Notes: generated by a model not told the origin, from the sequence alone. A stretch of DNA of 64,000 bases from Lophium mytilinum (GCA_010093605.1 MU004181.1:496001-560000), one strand, 5' to 3'; shown: positions 50,062 to 63,220, counted from the first letter of the stretch. Made by a program: numbers and translations.

Positions 50062-51735
50062 TCACCAACTGTCGAAATTTCCGAAACCACCAGATTTGGC
50101 TTTCTTCTTCGCCGGTTGCTCGATTTCATCCCAGTCCCCAATGATCTCGTCTTCCGCCTTGGACGCTCCGCCATCTTGCATCGCCGCTTTCAGGTATTTC
50201 CCTACTCCCGGTCCACCTCCTGCAGCTTCGACCTTTCCGTCAGGTCTTATCCTCTTCCCCGTCCATGTGGTCTTATCATCCTCTCTTCCTCCTTGTAGCC
50301 GGATCTCCTCCTCTTCTCTCTCCTTGTCCTCTTTCTCCGTTCGCTCCTTTCGGAACTCCTCAAATGGATCCACAAAAACTACGACATCCAGAATCATGAG
50401 ATCCTCATCTGGTCTATCCTTGTCGCCGGTTTTGGCGTTCTCCATGGCCGTGAGAGTGGTATCCAGTCCTCCAACAACCTTAGCAAAGATGGAGTGCTTC
50501 CTATCCAGATGCGACGCTTGCCGATATAGGATGAAGAATTGCGACGTGTTTGTGTTCTTGCCCTTGTTCGCCATGCTTATGACTCCTCTCGCGTTATGAA
50601 GTAGTGGGCCCTCGAGCTCGTCGTTGAATGGCTTGCCCCATGTGCTTTGCCCACCTTTTCCAGTGCCTGTTGGATCACCACCCTGGATCATGAAATTCTT
50701 GATATTTCGGTGAAAAACGGTACCCTTGTAGTATCCCTTTTTCGCCAATTGTACAAAGTTCCAGACCGCTTTCGGAGCGAATTCGGGGAGGAGTTCGATG
50801 TTGAGATCGCCGAGAGAGGTAGAGATGCGCGCGTAGCCTTTCTGCTTTACGCGCTTCGGTCGCAACATGTAGTCTTCCTCAGATAGAACGGCGCGCTCGG
50901 CGGAGGTGTGGGGTGTCCATCCCGTACTGGTGAAGGACGCAGCAGCCTTGCCAGTGGTGTATTGGGCGGCATTGTAAGGCTTCGGTTTCGACCCTTGCGC
51001 TGCGGAGTGTGTTGCGGTCGCATTCTTCGCTTTCGCGATAGCTACAGCATCATTACTCGCCTGCGACTTTGCCTGCCTGTCTGCGCGAGCTTTCGCGACA
51101 GCTTCCTTGGCGCGCAAAATCTTCCCAGCACTCCCGAGCGCGTCTATATTCACGTTGCTCTCATCCGGGGCCTGCGCCGTAGTCTCGCCATCTTTGATAT
51201 GTTTGAATGCGCTCAGGTCCCGCGACTCGATGTTCTGCGGATCTTGCAACGTTATGATATCTTTCCGCGTAAACTCATCGTCGCTGACCAGATCGCGCCA
51301 GTTCTTCGCCTTGATGTTCAGTCGCTCGACCGTGTCCCAGGCAAACACGTTTCCGGTATTCTTCAGCGTGACGATGTGAGTATTATCCGTGAAGACCTTG
51401 TACGTGACCGGGTCCACGTACTCGTTGTCCTCGTTCTTCGCGAAGTGGAGGGTGATGAGGTCGGCGCGTTTCAGCGGCGCCCCGTCAATGGGATTCGTGC
51501 CATGCTTCTGGAGCCAAGTGAGGATGTGGGTGAGGTCGAATATGGTGCCCGCGGCGGTGCAGACGGGATCCGTGAAGGGCTGGAGGGAGACGGCGCAGAA
51601 GTTGAAGGGAAGGCGCTTGAATGAGGAGCCGACGCCCTTCGACTTGGAGGCGTTGAAGCCGCGGCTGGTGCCAAACGAGTCTTCAGAGGCCCATTCCGAG
51701 TGAGTGATATAGAGCTTGTCGGTATTTTTGCCCAT
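50062..51735 (-). CDS. PPIL2: Peptidyl-prolyl cis-trans isomerase-like 2 (Cyp60/PPIL2 type; U-box plus cyclophilin)
   Basis: MGKNTDKLYITHSEW and KRLPFNFCAVSLQPF (U-box region); FHRNIKNFMIQGGDPTGTGKGG and SMANKGKNTNTSQFF; C-terminal FGNFDSW. Confidence 0.95.
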   Translation of the reverse strand: MGKNTDKLYITHSEWASEDSFGTSRGFNASKSKGVGSSFKRLPFNFCAVSLQPFTDPVCTAAGTIFDLTHILTWLQKHGTNPIDGAPLKRADLITLHFAKNEDNEYVDPVTYKVFTDNTHIVTLKNTGNVFAWDTVERLNIKAKNWRDLVSDDEFTRKDIITLQDPQNIESRDLSAFKHIKDGETTAQAPDESNVNIDALGSAGKILRAKEAVAKARADRQAKSQASNDAVAIAKAKNATATHSAAQGSKPKPYNAAQYTTGKAAASFTSTGWTPHTSAERAVLSEEDYMLRPKRVKQKGYARISTSLGDLNIELLPEFAPKAVWNFVQLAKKGYYKGTVFHRNIKNFMIQGGDPTGTGKGGQSTWGKPFNDELEGPLLHNARGVISMANKGKNTNTSQFFILYRQASHLDRKHSIFAKVVGGLDTTLTAMENAKTGDKDRPDEDLMILDVVVFVDPFEEFRKERTEKEDKEREEEEIRLQGGREDDKTTWTGKRIRPDGKVEAAGGGPGVGKYLKAAMQDGGASKAEDEIIGDWDEIEQPAKKKAKSGGFGNFDSW

Positions 51736-52290
51736 GGTGGATGGCTAGAGGAGTGATTGAAATGTTATGTCGATGACCGTTTTCGAAGGTTTTCGGCAGC
51801 GGTTCTTCCGTCCCGTCTTGGCCGCGCTATTCTACTCTATTTCCACCTGCATCTCAAGCTCTGTTGGACCAACACACTATCAGCAAGACCGAGAAAGGGC
51901 AGCTCTTTAACCGGTAATCTTCCAGCTCTGCACTTTGTGGATACGATTTTGTGAAGGGTGAAGAGCTTTAATATAGCCTTGCCAGTCCTCTTACAGCCTT
52001 CTCTTTTACGCCGTCACACTTTACGGCACTTATCCTTCACTTCCCCGTCGGCAACTTAGCTGCTTGTTATTGCTGGAATATCTTTAACGGAAATATGTTG
52101 ACCATACATTGCTGCACCGTTTGTGGCGCTACTCAACAGCCACACCTTGTCTGAAACAGCCCCTAGATGACCCTCGTTCAGCCAGGCCAAGCGGAGCATC
52201 TCAGGCCTCGTTTTCTTGGCGTCAGTCAACAGCTCGTGAACTGTGCCCTCTCGCCAAAGGCTCATCAGTAGATAGCTGCCAGTTCCTAAC

Positions 52291-53515
52291 ATGTTTCCAG
52301 CCAAAATGTCAATTATCCCCCAGAAACCTCCCCCAATGTACGGCATGCCGTCACCTCATCCCCAGAAAACCTGCAGAGTGTGTTACGACCCTCTGTACGG
52401 CCCTCTCGATGGATTGAACCATCTCCTGGCCCACCGTGCAGCGCCTCGCTCTCGACCTTATGGCTGGGCCTCTAGCCTGTTTTCTAGATTCGACTCGCTA
52501 TTGCACTCCAAGTCCCAACAGAAGGTACGGGCAACACAGCGTACACAATTCGACTTCAAGAGGCTCTGCACAGTCCGGACGGGTGTAGGCCCTCGAGTCA
52601 AACCCCCTATCGGGCTACACCGCTCGCGTGCTCTCACCCCACCCCTATCGCCGAGCAAATCATTCAATCAAAGTAACAAGCCGCAAGCTCAGTCGCCACT
52701 TTTCGCACTTCCTCTGGAGATACGGGAAATGATCTACGAGGAAGCAATCGGAAAATCAAATGTTCATCTTGAGTTTAGAGATGAACTTTTCTGTTATAAA
52801 CTGTTCTGTCATACACTGTGCCCTGAACCCGAGCAAGGCGTATGTGGCTGCCGATACTTGAAACGCAGGGGGCCGAAAAGACAGTTGAATCCATTGCCGC
52901 TGTTGCTATCGTGTAGAATCATGTAAGAATATTTCCTATTCTCTACGTTTGCAAAAACATCTACCTACAATCATACTGGAGGGTCGCATTTGACACTTTC
53001 TTAGCTACTCGGAAGCTATAAGTCTTCTCTACTCTTCCACCCTCTTCTCCTTCCGCCTCGACGTCAGCGGGCCGCTCGTCCACCTCCCAGATCTGCTGCT
53101 TCTCCAACGCTTTCACGCTATCCGTTCCCTCTATCTCTTCTGGGCACCCCGATGGGAAGGTGGCAGCATATGGAGCGGCCCCCTTTCGCCCTCAATAGAA
53201 GAGTGGGAGTTAGCCTGGCTGGTCATTTCGTCTATGAAAGGCCTGCAAAACGTATACGTTGACCTAGCACAGACACGATTCGTCTCCCTACATCCCGAAA
53301 GCCTCCGTGAGAGGTGGCAGGAAATGCAACCTCAGATCCTCGGGCCCGTGAAGACCGTCACCACGCCGCTGAAATCATTTCGTATGGTCTGGCCGGTCGA
53401 AGGGCCTGTAAAAGTAGAGGTCGGAGGAAGGATTTGGCAACTTGAGACGCTCGACCAAGAAACGATAGCGATAGATAAGCAACTTGGCTGGGATTCATGG
53501 GGCTTCGCGAATTAG
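52291..53515 (+). CDS. F-box-like DUF7730-type protein, 2 exons
   Basis: QSPLFALPLEIREMIYEEAIG...LPLLLSCRI|IYSEAISLLYS across intron 52923-53004; exact start codon uncertain. Confidence 0.8.
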
Positions 53516-53591
53516 AGGGCCCACGCGCATCGGCACCCGCTCTTCAATTTTGCGAACACCGAGGCGGTTCCAGCGACCTCCCTCCTCCTCC

Positions 53592-54615
53592 TCAGAACCC
53601 ATTCCTCGCCCGCGGATCCTCATCCCACTCCTCCCGCTCCATCCGCCCCATCAGCCCATGCACCAGCGGCTTCACCATCTCCATATACGCCTGCTCCTCC
53701 ATCACGGGCTTCGACGCCCGCGCAACCAACTCAAACGTCTCCCCGACTTCATCAAACCCCCACTCCCACCACACCTTCTCCAGCACCGCCGGCACGCGAT
53801 CGTACCGCTCCTGATGGTCCACCTTCAGCATCAGCCCCACCAGCCGATTGAACCACCGCCCAAATCCCCCCTTCACATTGGCCCGGTTCCGCACAAATAC
53901 GATCCGCTTCACGCCTTCTAAACGCCGCAGCAACGCGACGAGGTCGGTCGTGAAGTCCGCGGGGTAGTGGGTGTAGCTGCTCGCGTGCAGAACGAGGGTG
54001 AGGGTGTCTAATCGCAGAGTTTTGATGACGTCGAGATCGGCGGAACCGTCGGGGATAGGGAAGTCGAAGGGGTGGGTGCGCCATTGGACTAGCGAGCGGA
54101 ATTGGCGCGTGCCGACGACCCACGCGAGGTGGCGGATGGAGGCGACGAGGGGGGATGGTAGGGGGAGCAGGAGAGTGGGGAGGGGGGAGTAGAGGGAGCG
54201 GGCGAGGAAGTGGGTACGGGTGTAGGCGGGGATGGCGAGGTCGTAGTAGACTACCCGGGGTTCGTCATTATTGCTTAAAAGGGGCAGAATGTGGAGAGGA
54301 GAGATGCCTTCGGCTGCGAAAGGGATAGCAAGCAGTGGAGATGCGACGCAAGAGTAGTATTATGAGAATCTGATGTCGGGATTTCGTTGAGATAGTCGAT
54401 GCAAGAAAATTGGTGATTTACTTACATTGACGGCAGGTTAGTAGTATGGAGAGGGCCCTTGTGGCTGTGTACTCGTCGTCAAGATAGATCCCACCAGGGC
54501 GGTTGCGGTGGAGGAAACCATCGCGACAGAACTCGGGATCATTGACAACATAGGAGAAGACTTGGTTGCGTAGTTCGGCGGGAAGGGTGAGGAGAGTTGG
54601 CGGTGTGTTTGACAT
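53592..54615 (-). CDS. F-box-like protein, 2 exons
   Basis: LLTLPAELRNQVFSYV...SILLTCRQ|FYYDLAIPAYTRTHF across intron 54425-54251, continuing in frame into ORF 53592..53933. Confidence 0.8.
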
Positions 54616-55091
54616 GGTGGATAGATTATTTTTGGGGGCAAATTGGTGTTTAATTTGGGACCTCTAGAGGATACCGGAAAGCGCTGAGAGGTGCAGATGA
54701 AACTTCAGAACTCCGGAAGCTGTTGGTGGGAATTACCAGAGGTCATTAATCATTCTGAACTGAGGTTGAGGATATCGCTGGGAATCGGGGTACTGGAAGA
54801 GATCCACCCTTTGTCGATCTGAAAGCGTGCGGGGCATAGAATAGTGGGGATGGTGATCACGTGAAGGTACATGAACCGTCATCATAGCGAGAGCTTACGA
54901 AATGTGTAGACGCAGGTTCATTTGCTAAGTATTGAGGACCTAACATCAAAGTTAGCATCAAGCAATAGAAGGCGTATAGTATTTTTGGATGTTCTCCACA
55001 TCAGGTCTAGTGTCAAATCCTAGGCGTCAGCCACAACGTCCATCCGTCAGCACCCTCTCTTTTCCATCCAAAAAGTTACCACAACACCAAT

Positions 55092-56558
55092 ATGACTTCC
55101 TTGTTAGAGCTTCTTCCCCAAGAACTGCTTGAGGAAATTTGTCTTCAATGTACATTGACAGACCTCCGAGCTCTTCGGCTTGCTTCCCGCGAGCTGCGTC
55201 GGAAGAGCATCTATATTTTTGGCTCCAGATACCTCCATAGCGTCTCCGCAATGCTATCACCATCTAGTCTCAATGCTCTCCAAGAGATTTCGGGCCGAGA
55301 GGAACTGCAGGAACACGTCCGTGATATTACGATCGGTCCAGAACGAATCAGTGGCAACCTCCCAATCTGGCCCCTAAGGACGTCTTACAAAAAGCAACTC
55401 GACGCCCAGAACAAATTTGAGAGCAGAGGCGACGACCATTGTCTTCTAGCCGCCATTTTTGCGACTCTGCCCAATCTACATCGTATTCGCGTTGGGCCTT
55501 GGGGACAGATGTGTTACGACCCTTACTTTCGGCCAACGCTCAGCATAGGTGCAAAGGAGATTAGGAGCACCTACTTTCGCCCTGTCATGGAAAGCGACAG
55601 CAGTTTGAAAATCTTGCAAAAGTTCCACAACTACGACAACGAGCACGCCTATCGCGAATTCGGCGTCGTCTTCAAGGCCTTACGTGCCAGCGGAATCGAC
55701 CGGCAGGTTCTGGATCTTCACCTCTGCGCCCGCGATCCGCACGTCGACAGATACCAAGTCCGCGAGAGAGGGCCATTTGATTTGACGAGTCGGGACTGGA
55801 AAGCTGTCCATCCGCTCCTTCGCGCTGTTCACATCAGCTTACTGAGATGGACAGATCGCTTTTCTCTCCGCTGGCTGCAGAAGTTCCTCCCTTTTCTTCC
55901 TGAAAATCTCGAAGAGATTATTATTGAGCAGAACTTCAACACCGCTCACGACGGCCAAGGCTGGGTGAATTCATTGCATCTTCTTAGCAATAGCTCTCTT
56001 CCGAAACTCACCCGTCTAGTCGTCGATTCCTACGCTGCTGCGGAAGAGAAGGACATCATTTCGGTATTGCAAATGCTCTCTCCCTCGCTTGAGACCCTTG
56101 TCCTATCGCAATTTGTCAGGGGACATAGGGGCACTCTTTCTTGGCGTGAGGTCTTTCGCACTATCATGGGAATGAAGGCGCTCAAAGCAGTTCACCTATA
56201 CGAATTAGAAGCGTTTGGCTCCCACCACTTCCTGCCGAGCGACAACATAGTGCACAAATGCTTTCCGGAATACGACCGCGCCCATCGCACAAAAAACGAG
56301 TCTATTCCTCGATTTGGTCCCGAGGGTGAGCAATGGATATTTTGTCAAGAAGGGCGTGCCGTGGATCTTTATGGACAAGAGGAGATCCGGGAGGAACTGA
56401 GCCATGCCATCAGACATGACAAGTGGCATGAAACATGTGATGAGTTCGGTCACACTACCCAATTCATGGTATGGTTTCGAACGAAGCCAGGACACTCGAT
56501 GCAGACGGAGGGGCATAGTATCTACAAGGGGGAGCGACCGGTTTGGAAGATGGACTGA
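55092..56558 (+). CDS. F-box protein with LRR-like C-terminal region
   Basis: LLELLPQELLEEICLQCTLTDLRALRLASREL; LPNLHRIRV, LPKLTRLVV and PSLETLVL repeats; 488-aa ORF. Confidence 0.85.
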   Translation: MTSLLELLPQELLEEICLQCTLTDLRALRLASRELRRKSIYIFGSRYLHSVSAMLSPSSLNALQEISGREELQEHVRDITIGPERISGNLPIWPLRTSYKKQLDAQNKFESRGDDHCLLAAIFATLPNLHRIRVGPWGQMCYDPYFRPTLSIGAKEIRSTYFRPVMESDSSLKILQKFHNYDNEHAYREFGVVFKALRASGIDRQVLDLHLCARDPHVDRYQVRERGPFDLTSRDWKAVHPLLRAVHISLLRWTDRFSLRWLQKFLPFLPENLEEIIIEQNFNTAHDGQGWVNSLHLLSNSSLPKLTRLVVDSYAAAEEKDIISVLQMLSPSLETLVLSQFVRGHRGTLSWREVFRTIMGMKALKAVHLYELEAFGSHHFLPSDNIVHKCFPEYDRAHRTKNESIPRFGPEGEQWIFCQEGRAVDLYGQEEIREELSHAIRHDKWHETCDEFGHTTQFMVWFRTKPGHSMQTEGHSIYKGERPVWKMD

Positions 56559-56938
56559 AATTTCGGGGTCGAAAAACAGGTTTGGGAATTGTTCGAACTT
56601 CTTATATCGCTTCAGACCATCTCGTGGAGGCGGCTCTAGACTGTAGAATCAGTGAATCCACCTCGGGCTCGAACTGATAAAGCGCATTCTCTCCTGACAA
56701 TAAAGGTTCCATTACTTACATGGTGAATTACTCTGGGCAACCGTTCATCGCGCTGCTTGTTTACATAAACCCCAACACCTGCCCTACTTTACCTTCATCT
56801 CGCTTTTAGTCTCTACCACCATACCACCAAAACACACTCACACCTTCTCTAGCCTAAGCACGGAACCCAAACCAACCACACATCAGACTCTCATCACCAA
56901 GTCAACACCATTGCCTACCAGCCCACAACACCACAACC

Positions 56939-58090
56939 ATGCCGCCAAACCCACCAAATCCACCAAACACAGGGGCTAACCCACGCTACTCCAAACCCAT
57001 CTGCCCACCCCGCGCAGCATCAAGACTACTAAACTCTCACATCACAAACCCGCGCACACGACCAAAACATCTACCAACCACTTCCACACACCTTGCCACG
57101 CCCTCGCAGCCCTACCACCCCCCCAAAACCGCAACTCTATGCGGCCACCCCCTCCACCCCTCCGCCTCGCCCAAAACCCGCCTCTGCACCCGCTGCATCA
57201 TGTCCACCGCGCTCCGTCTACACAACATCGCGCGCGCCCGCTTCGATGCCCTTGGTGGTCTGCACCTGCCCCCTTCTTGGCGAAACTTGACTTGGAACCG
57301 CGCGCGATTGGCACTTGTTCAGAGGATTAGGAGCTACCTCGTTGCTGAGCATCGGCGCTTTGCGAGGGAGGAGGCGGAGAAGCGGTGGGAGGGGGTTCAT
57401 GCGGCGTGGCTTTTACAAGAAGGTCTCGAGACGGGGTGTGAAGCGTGTAAGGCACTTGAGGGGGAGAGGGGGGATATGAGTTGGATTTTGGGGTTTTTGG
57501 AGGCAGCGCGGGGAGCGGGACCGTGGTGGGAGAAAGCGAACGCAATTCCAAACAGCTCGATCTCTACTTCCTTATCACGAGACAGGGCGCGAGAGATCCA
57601 AAATCGCCGCGTTGCAGCTGTAGGATTGCCGGCCGTCTGCCAGCGTAAGAGTGGCCCCAAGGGGTCGAGCGTCATGCGGGAAATCAGGAGGCAGGCGGAG
57701 TTTGAAATGGCGCTCAAGCGAGTGAGGCAGAGACGATCAGAGCGAGCCGGCTCCGCGAGGGAGATTGAGGCGATGTTGAGGCGGAAGCATAATTTGCCGA
57801 AGACGATGAGGTTGCGTAAAGCGACGTTCACGACGCCGTATGCGGAGCATTGCGCGCGAAAGAGCTTTGTTTGGAGTCAGGAGGAGAAGCTTAGGGCGAG
57901 GGGGGGTATGAGGGTGCGGGCGTGGCAGAGGAAGCCGAGTCCGTTGTGGTGTGTGCTGTCTATTGAGGATGTTGAGGATGATCCAGATACGGTTATGGGC
58001 GAGCAGGGGGCTGAGGACGAAGAGGGGTTTGAGGGGGCAATGGAAGAGAACCCTTGGGAGTTCATTGATTTGCTGTATATTGTTGGTTAG
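56939..58090 (+). CDS. Hypothetical basic protein with possible Zn-binding motif
   Basis: 383-aa ORF with good ATG context (ACAACCATG); CGHPLHP...LCTRC and CEAC motifs. Confidence 0.65.
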   Translation: MPPNPPNPPNTGANPRYSKPICPPRAASRLLNSHITNPRTRPKHLPTTSTHLATPSQPYHPPKTATLCGHPLHPSASPKTRLCTRCIMSTALRLHNIARARFDALGGLHLPPSWRNLTWNRARLALVQRIRSYLVAEHRRFAREEAEKRWEGVHAAWLLQEGLETGCEACKALEGERGDMSWILGFLEAARGAGPWWEKANAIPNSSISTSLSRDRAREIQNRRVAAVGLPAVCQRKSGPKGSSVMREIRRQAEFEMALKRVRQRRSERAGSAREIEAMLRRKHNLPKTMRLRKATFTTPYAEHCARKSFVWSQEEKLRARGGMRVRAWQRKPSPLWCVLSIEDVEDDPDTVMGEQGAEDEEGFEGAMEENPWEFIDLLYIVG

Positions 58091-58522
58091 GGGGTGGAGT
58101 TCAGGCCTATGCGGGGGAGGAGTTGATTTAATTAAGCTACTGTCTGGAGCACCTTACCTCACGAATATAAGGGCACGGTAATCTTCTCGTTTATGACTCG
58201 TGAATTAAGCTTACGAACTTGCAATTGCTAATAAGATGACACCGCCATCTGCAGTCCTATAGCGTGCCTCTAAACCCCCGCAGTTAAAAGTATTGAAAAC
58301 TAACATTCGTCTGGGGGTATAAAGTTTCCCACGAGCTCGAGACATCTTCACGACTGTGAAGTTAGTGTACATTTGCAACATCGTGCTGAGATAGACAAGC
58401 GTAAGTAAGAAGGCGTAGGATCACGTTATGTATTCTTACTCTCATATGTATTCACCATCATTACACTCATTACATTCCCCTATCCGGTCCTGCTCTTCAT
58501 CCTTTTCATACTCTTCCACCCT

Positions 58523-60698
58523 TCAAACATCTCTCGTTCCCGGCTCCGCATTCGGGTTCAACGGCTTCGTCGGATCATACCCCAGAGTCTTCACAATCCC
58601 TAGTCCTTTCGTCCGCCCCTCACGGAATAGTATCCGATCGCCCACCGCGAGATACTCCGGGCGCTGTACAAACCTGAACGCGACTTGCGCCCGATCTCCA
58701 GTCCTGATGTAGCTGCGATCGATATCGATGATAGCGCAGGTCTGGCTTACAGGGCCGACGTGTAGCATAGCTTGGTACTTAGTTTTGATAGTAGTCGCGT
58801 GAGAGAGGATGAGCACTTCAGCGATGAATTCGCGGTACACCTTCGGGTTTAGCGCTGGATTCTCGGGCTTGTGTAGGACGACCATGCCTTTCCGCACGTC
58901 TTTTCGCCGCACGTTCCTCAACGCGAGACTAGCGCTCTGTCCCGCTGCAGCACCCGGGACTTGGATTCGTTTGCGTTCAATGGAGCGAACTTTAGTCGTG
59001 GTGAATTGGCCTAGCGAGTCTGGACCGATGAGGATCGTGTCGCCGGTGTGCACGACGCCGGATTTGATGACTCCGCTCACAACGGTGCCGACGAACGGGA
59101 CGGAGAAGGTGTCGTTGATGTGGAATTCGAGCGCTGCGTCGGCATTGTAGTTGCCGTGATGGGGGAGTATGTTGAGAAATGTCCGAACGAGGTCCAGGTT
59201 GGTGCCCGTGACATTGGAGACTTGGAAGATGGGGCAGATGCGGCGGGAGACGAATTGAGTCTGCGGGAGTGATAAGTATGAAATAGATAGAGAGAAGAAG
59301 AGAGAAATGACATACGGCAGTATTGACACACTCCTCGCGATTCTTGACGAATATCGGGATTTTCCGAGCGCCGGGAGACTTCAAGATTTTGGTCACTTGG
59401 GTAATGGTCTGCTCAAGAATCTGGGGCGGGCAGATGTCAATCTTGGTGATGACGACCATGACGGGGACATTGAGAGCCAGGGCGATTCCGAGATGCTCTC
59501 TGCGTCAAGTCAGATGGGATCAGTAAGAAGCAACAGGAATACTCACTTGCTCATACCAATCAGCCCGTTGTTAGCAGCGACCATGAGCAAGCAGTAATTA
59601 GGCTCACTGCTCAGCAACCCAAAGACGGTAGTCCGTAGGTATCTCTCATGACCTGCCAGATCGGTGAAGCTGATTACTTTGGCCTTGACGGTGTAAGCAT
59701 GCTTCCATGCGATATCAGAATGAATACACTTACGGAGCGTCGCCCGATCTCCTCCCATGTGAGTTTCCTTCCCGCGACATTCGAAGTCACAACCTCGCCT
59801 TTGCTATCAAAACCCATGATCTCCATACCCACGGAACTAGTCCGTCCACTCTCAATCTCGTGTTTGTGGCGGAAGAGATTGACTCGCGCCTTTCCCCTCC
59901 CGTCATCCAGACCGCCTTTGACGAGCACGCCAAGCATAGTGGATTTTCCAGCATCAACTACCCCCATATTAGCTTCTCCCATTCTCAATTATATCATCCT
60001 AGGGATAGCTCACCATTGCCCACCACAGCTATCCTCGTCTCAATAACATCATCCACACTCTCCGGGCGTTTCCTCAGCACCAACTTCCCGCAGCACCCCT
60101 TCTCTTTCAAAGTTCCAGGTCCCACCTCCAACTCATCTCCCTCTTCTCCCACATTTCGCGTCATGAGAACTTTATAGTCCACTCCCACAGTCTCGCATGC
60201 GCCCACTAAACGCATCACCGCTTTCACCCATTCATCCTTTGTGAATTCCATCGAGTCCCCATTATCCTCCAAGCCCAAGTCAAACAGCGCCTCGCCGTGC
60301 CCCTCAACCAATCTACCCTTAACATACTCAGTCAGGGCAGTTGTAGCCTCCTCATCATCCGCGGTAGAGAGAAGTAGGGATCGTAGGTGCACGCGCGGCG
60401 CAGAGTCCGCGAGATTCAGGGTATCAAGTATCGAGAGTTCATCGTGCTCCTCAATTTCCACCGGTTTCTTAGCGGCAGAGGCCGGAGCCGCGCCCGGGGG
60501 CTGTCGGAGAGCTTGTTGCTTCTGAACGAAGTCGGCGAACTCAGAGAGAGCCTGGGAGATTGCAAATACACGTCAGCATTGAACCCCTGTCTTTTGAAGC
60601 ATACAGATAAAAGACGTGTAGCTGTATCATACCGACTCTCCCTTCCTCCGCTCAGTCGTGCTCTGCTTCATATCCTTCTCCTTGCTTTTAGTCGCCAT
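58523..60698 (-). CDS. GTPBP1: GTP-binding protein 1/2 (GTPBP1-type translational GTPase), multi-exon
   Basis: [46 protein letters not shown] and TKIDI motifs; EF-Tu-like domains II/III ending [10 protein letters not shown]; canonical introns. Confidence 0.95.
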
Positions 60699-61554
60699 AG
60701 TCGTTCGTGGCGTGCTCGTCTCAAGTGCGCGTCCGTCGTCCCCCTCGTAATCGTAAACAACGTCGAGAAGTTGTCGTGCGTATCCGGGTGTTGAAGGAGC
60801 TGTCCATGAGACTGTATTCGGGGGTCATTGGGGTGGTGCGATGGGTGTGGATGTGGTGGTGAGGCGTGGGGATGGGACGCGGCGTGATGCGAGGTTTAAA
60901 TGATGGGGCCTTATCGATTGCGAGTCATAGCGGTGGAACGCATGACGTGGGGATTGTGTGGCGCAGCTGGACAGGAACAGTCAGAGGGGGGAGAGGTGAG
61001 TAATAATTGGAGTGAGTCCAAAGGAATGAAGTCGGAAATGTGAATATTTTTAGGGCTTGATTTTATATAGTTTCTCGTTTTCGTGGATCATTGGAGATGT
61101 TGAGCATTGGCTGTGGCGGTGCCTAGTAGGCCGCTTTTGCAGCTGCGGAGTTCAGTGACGGGAGAGAAATCGGCATCATCTATTCCATCACTGCCATCAT
61201 CAACAGCAGCATCTGTGGCATGATGCATCCTGCTCCAGGGTTACTCGACAACATCTTGAAATTTGAGCGTATTCTACAAACCTAGAGGACAAAAGGGCGC
61301 AAGAACGAAAGGGCGGAGATGGAAGGGCGGTTGCTGGATTCATTGACTTAACACCATCCGCGAGTAGCAGTTGGACCTGACAATGATCTTACTTCATCTC
61401 AGTATCATCGCTGCCTGGTTTCCAAGCTTTTCTCGATATCATATTTCTCGAAGCGAGGTATCAGGAAGTATTAATCTATCTACTATCTATTTTATCTACT
61501 TCAATCTACCCCATCATCTCCCTCTCAATCATCTCAGCCGTGCCAATCGTATAA

Positions 61555-63220
61555 TTATGCAGCCTTGACCCCCCTTTCGCCACAGTACTTGGCAACCTCC
61601 TTTCTTAAGCTGCCAGCCTGAGCATCCGCCACGTCCATCACGTCTTGCACGCCGGTAACACCCTTGCAGTAACCTGCGGCCTCATTCATCTGCGCGAGAA
61701 CGGCTTGGAGCTGGTTTGGCAACCACTGGTTTCTATCAGCTTTCATCCGCCGTCTCCTTCAATTGAACTTACGGTTACAATCGGGCTTCCTCCAGTCGCA
61801 GTAGGATGCGCTGTCCGCTTCAAGATATACTCCCTAGTAAAGCACCAATGCCGCCACCTGAAGTCTCGCACCTGATCAAGTGCGAACAAGTACAGCGCCG
61901 CACTTGACGGGTCCGCGAGCGCGAAGTTCTTCAGGGAAGCCGACTCCGCGCAGTCGCGAACGGCGATGAGGAAATCGCGATGATTACCTGGGCGGTAGGC
62001 GCGGAAGTCCTTTAGGATGTCGGTGAGAGGTGTCTCCGGCATGGTGATTTGCAAGAGATTGTCGCAGAGGGGGATCTAGATTACGTTAATTATCGTCGAA
62101 GAGGTCGGAATAATGCATATGGTTAGTGAAACGAACCATGCTATCATTGGCCCCAGATTCGCCACGAAACTCCATCGGTTCGTCGCGGACACCTTCATAT
62201 ACCACGCCCTTCGGAAACATGGACTGGTTCTGAATACCGAAGATGAAAGTGCGGAAGGAGGTGTAGCTGCCTGGTTTACTCTTGTTCCACATTACTAGAC
62301 ACATGTCAGTATTCTCTCATTAACCCATTATTAACTACCAGCGAAAGCAATCGGAACGTACTATTCATCACCTCATTTATCTCCGTCAACGAGGCCACAA
62401 TCTCCCGAAACGCTTCATTAAACGCTTCCCGGTTCTTCGTTAAACACGCGTTCAACGAATCGACAGTTCCTCGCACCAGCTTCGGCGAGTTCTTGACCAT
62501 AGCAATATGCACAAGGACAAAACCCGCCTCAGACGACGTGGGATCCAGCCCCTTCTCGAACGCGCGAACGAGTCTCAGATTATCATAATCCAAGCCCGCT
62601 TTCGGGTTCTCAAGACGGTAGTTGTATAGCGCATACGAGCCTGCATACTCCATGAACGGCTTGAAGCCCGCACTGCACACCCGTTAGTCACGTGATCAAC
62701 CAACATCCAAGTCAAATCTCAAGCGAAAGGAGGGACAAAGAACCTGGGGACGACAACAATACAAAAGAACATACATCTCAGCAACCTTCACGATCGGCAA
62801 ACTGATCGCGGCGGGCAACACCTGCCGCCCTAATCCGTACTCCTCGCCCCGCATGAACCGCAGATGGCATGGCTCGAGCAGGTACGCCGATGCGAGGAAA
62901 GAGTAGTCGCGGTATAACGCGTTCATTAGCGGGAGATCGGCGCGGTACTTCTCAATCGCGTTGCTCAGGTCTGGTAACTCATCGCGGACTGCTGCACCCA
63001 GGGCGCCGGTTGCTAGTAAACCTGGTGAGCCGGATGCAGTCACGATAGGCATGCGGGTCAAGAGGGATTCGAGGGGGGCGAACTCGGTGGGGAGGTGGAC
63101 AATGGGGTCGGCGCGGGGGAGGAAGCCGCGCGAGGTGGAGACCATGAAGGCGGGGAGGGTGGTGTCTTTGGGACGGGGGTCCGTCATGACATTGAAGTCG
63201 AAGGTGGGTAGGGGTGCCAT
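61555..63220 (-). CDS. Indoleamine 2,3-dioxygenase family protein (fungal IDO-gamma/IdoC-like), multi-exon
   Basis: RGFLPRADP, YRDYSFLASAYLLE, SEAGFVLVH, FRGESGANDS, FRWRHW and TATGGSPI motifs. Confidence 0.92.

Noticed and set aside
50062..51735. Functional linkage of spliceosome-associated PPIL2 with the variant U6
   Set aside because: It lies 43 kb away among unrelated core genes and looks like an ordinary copy; co-location is likely chance
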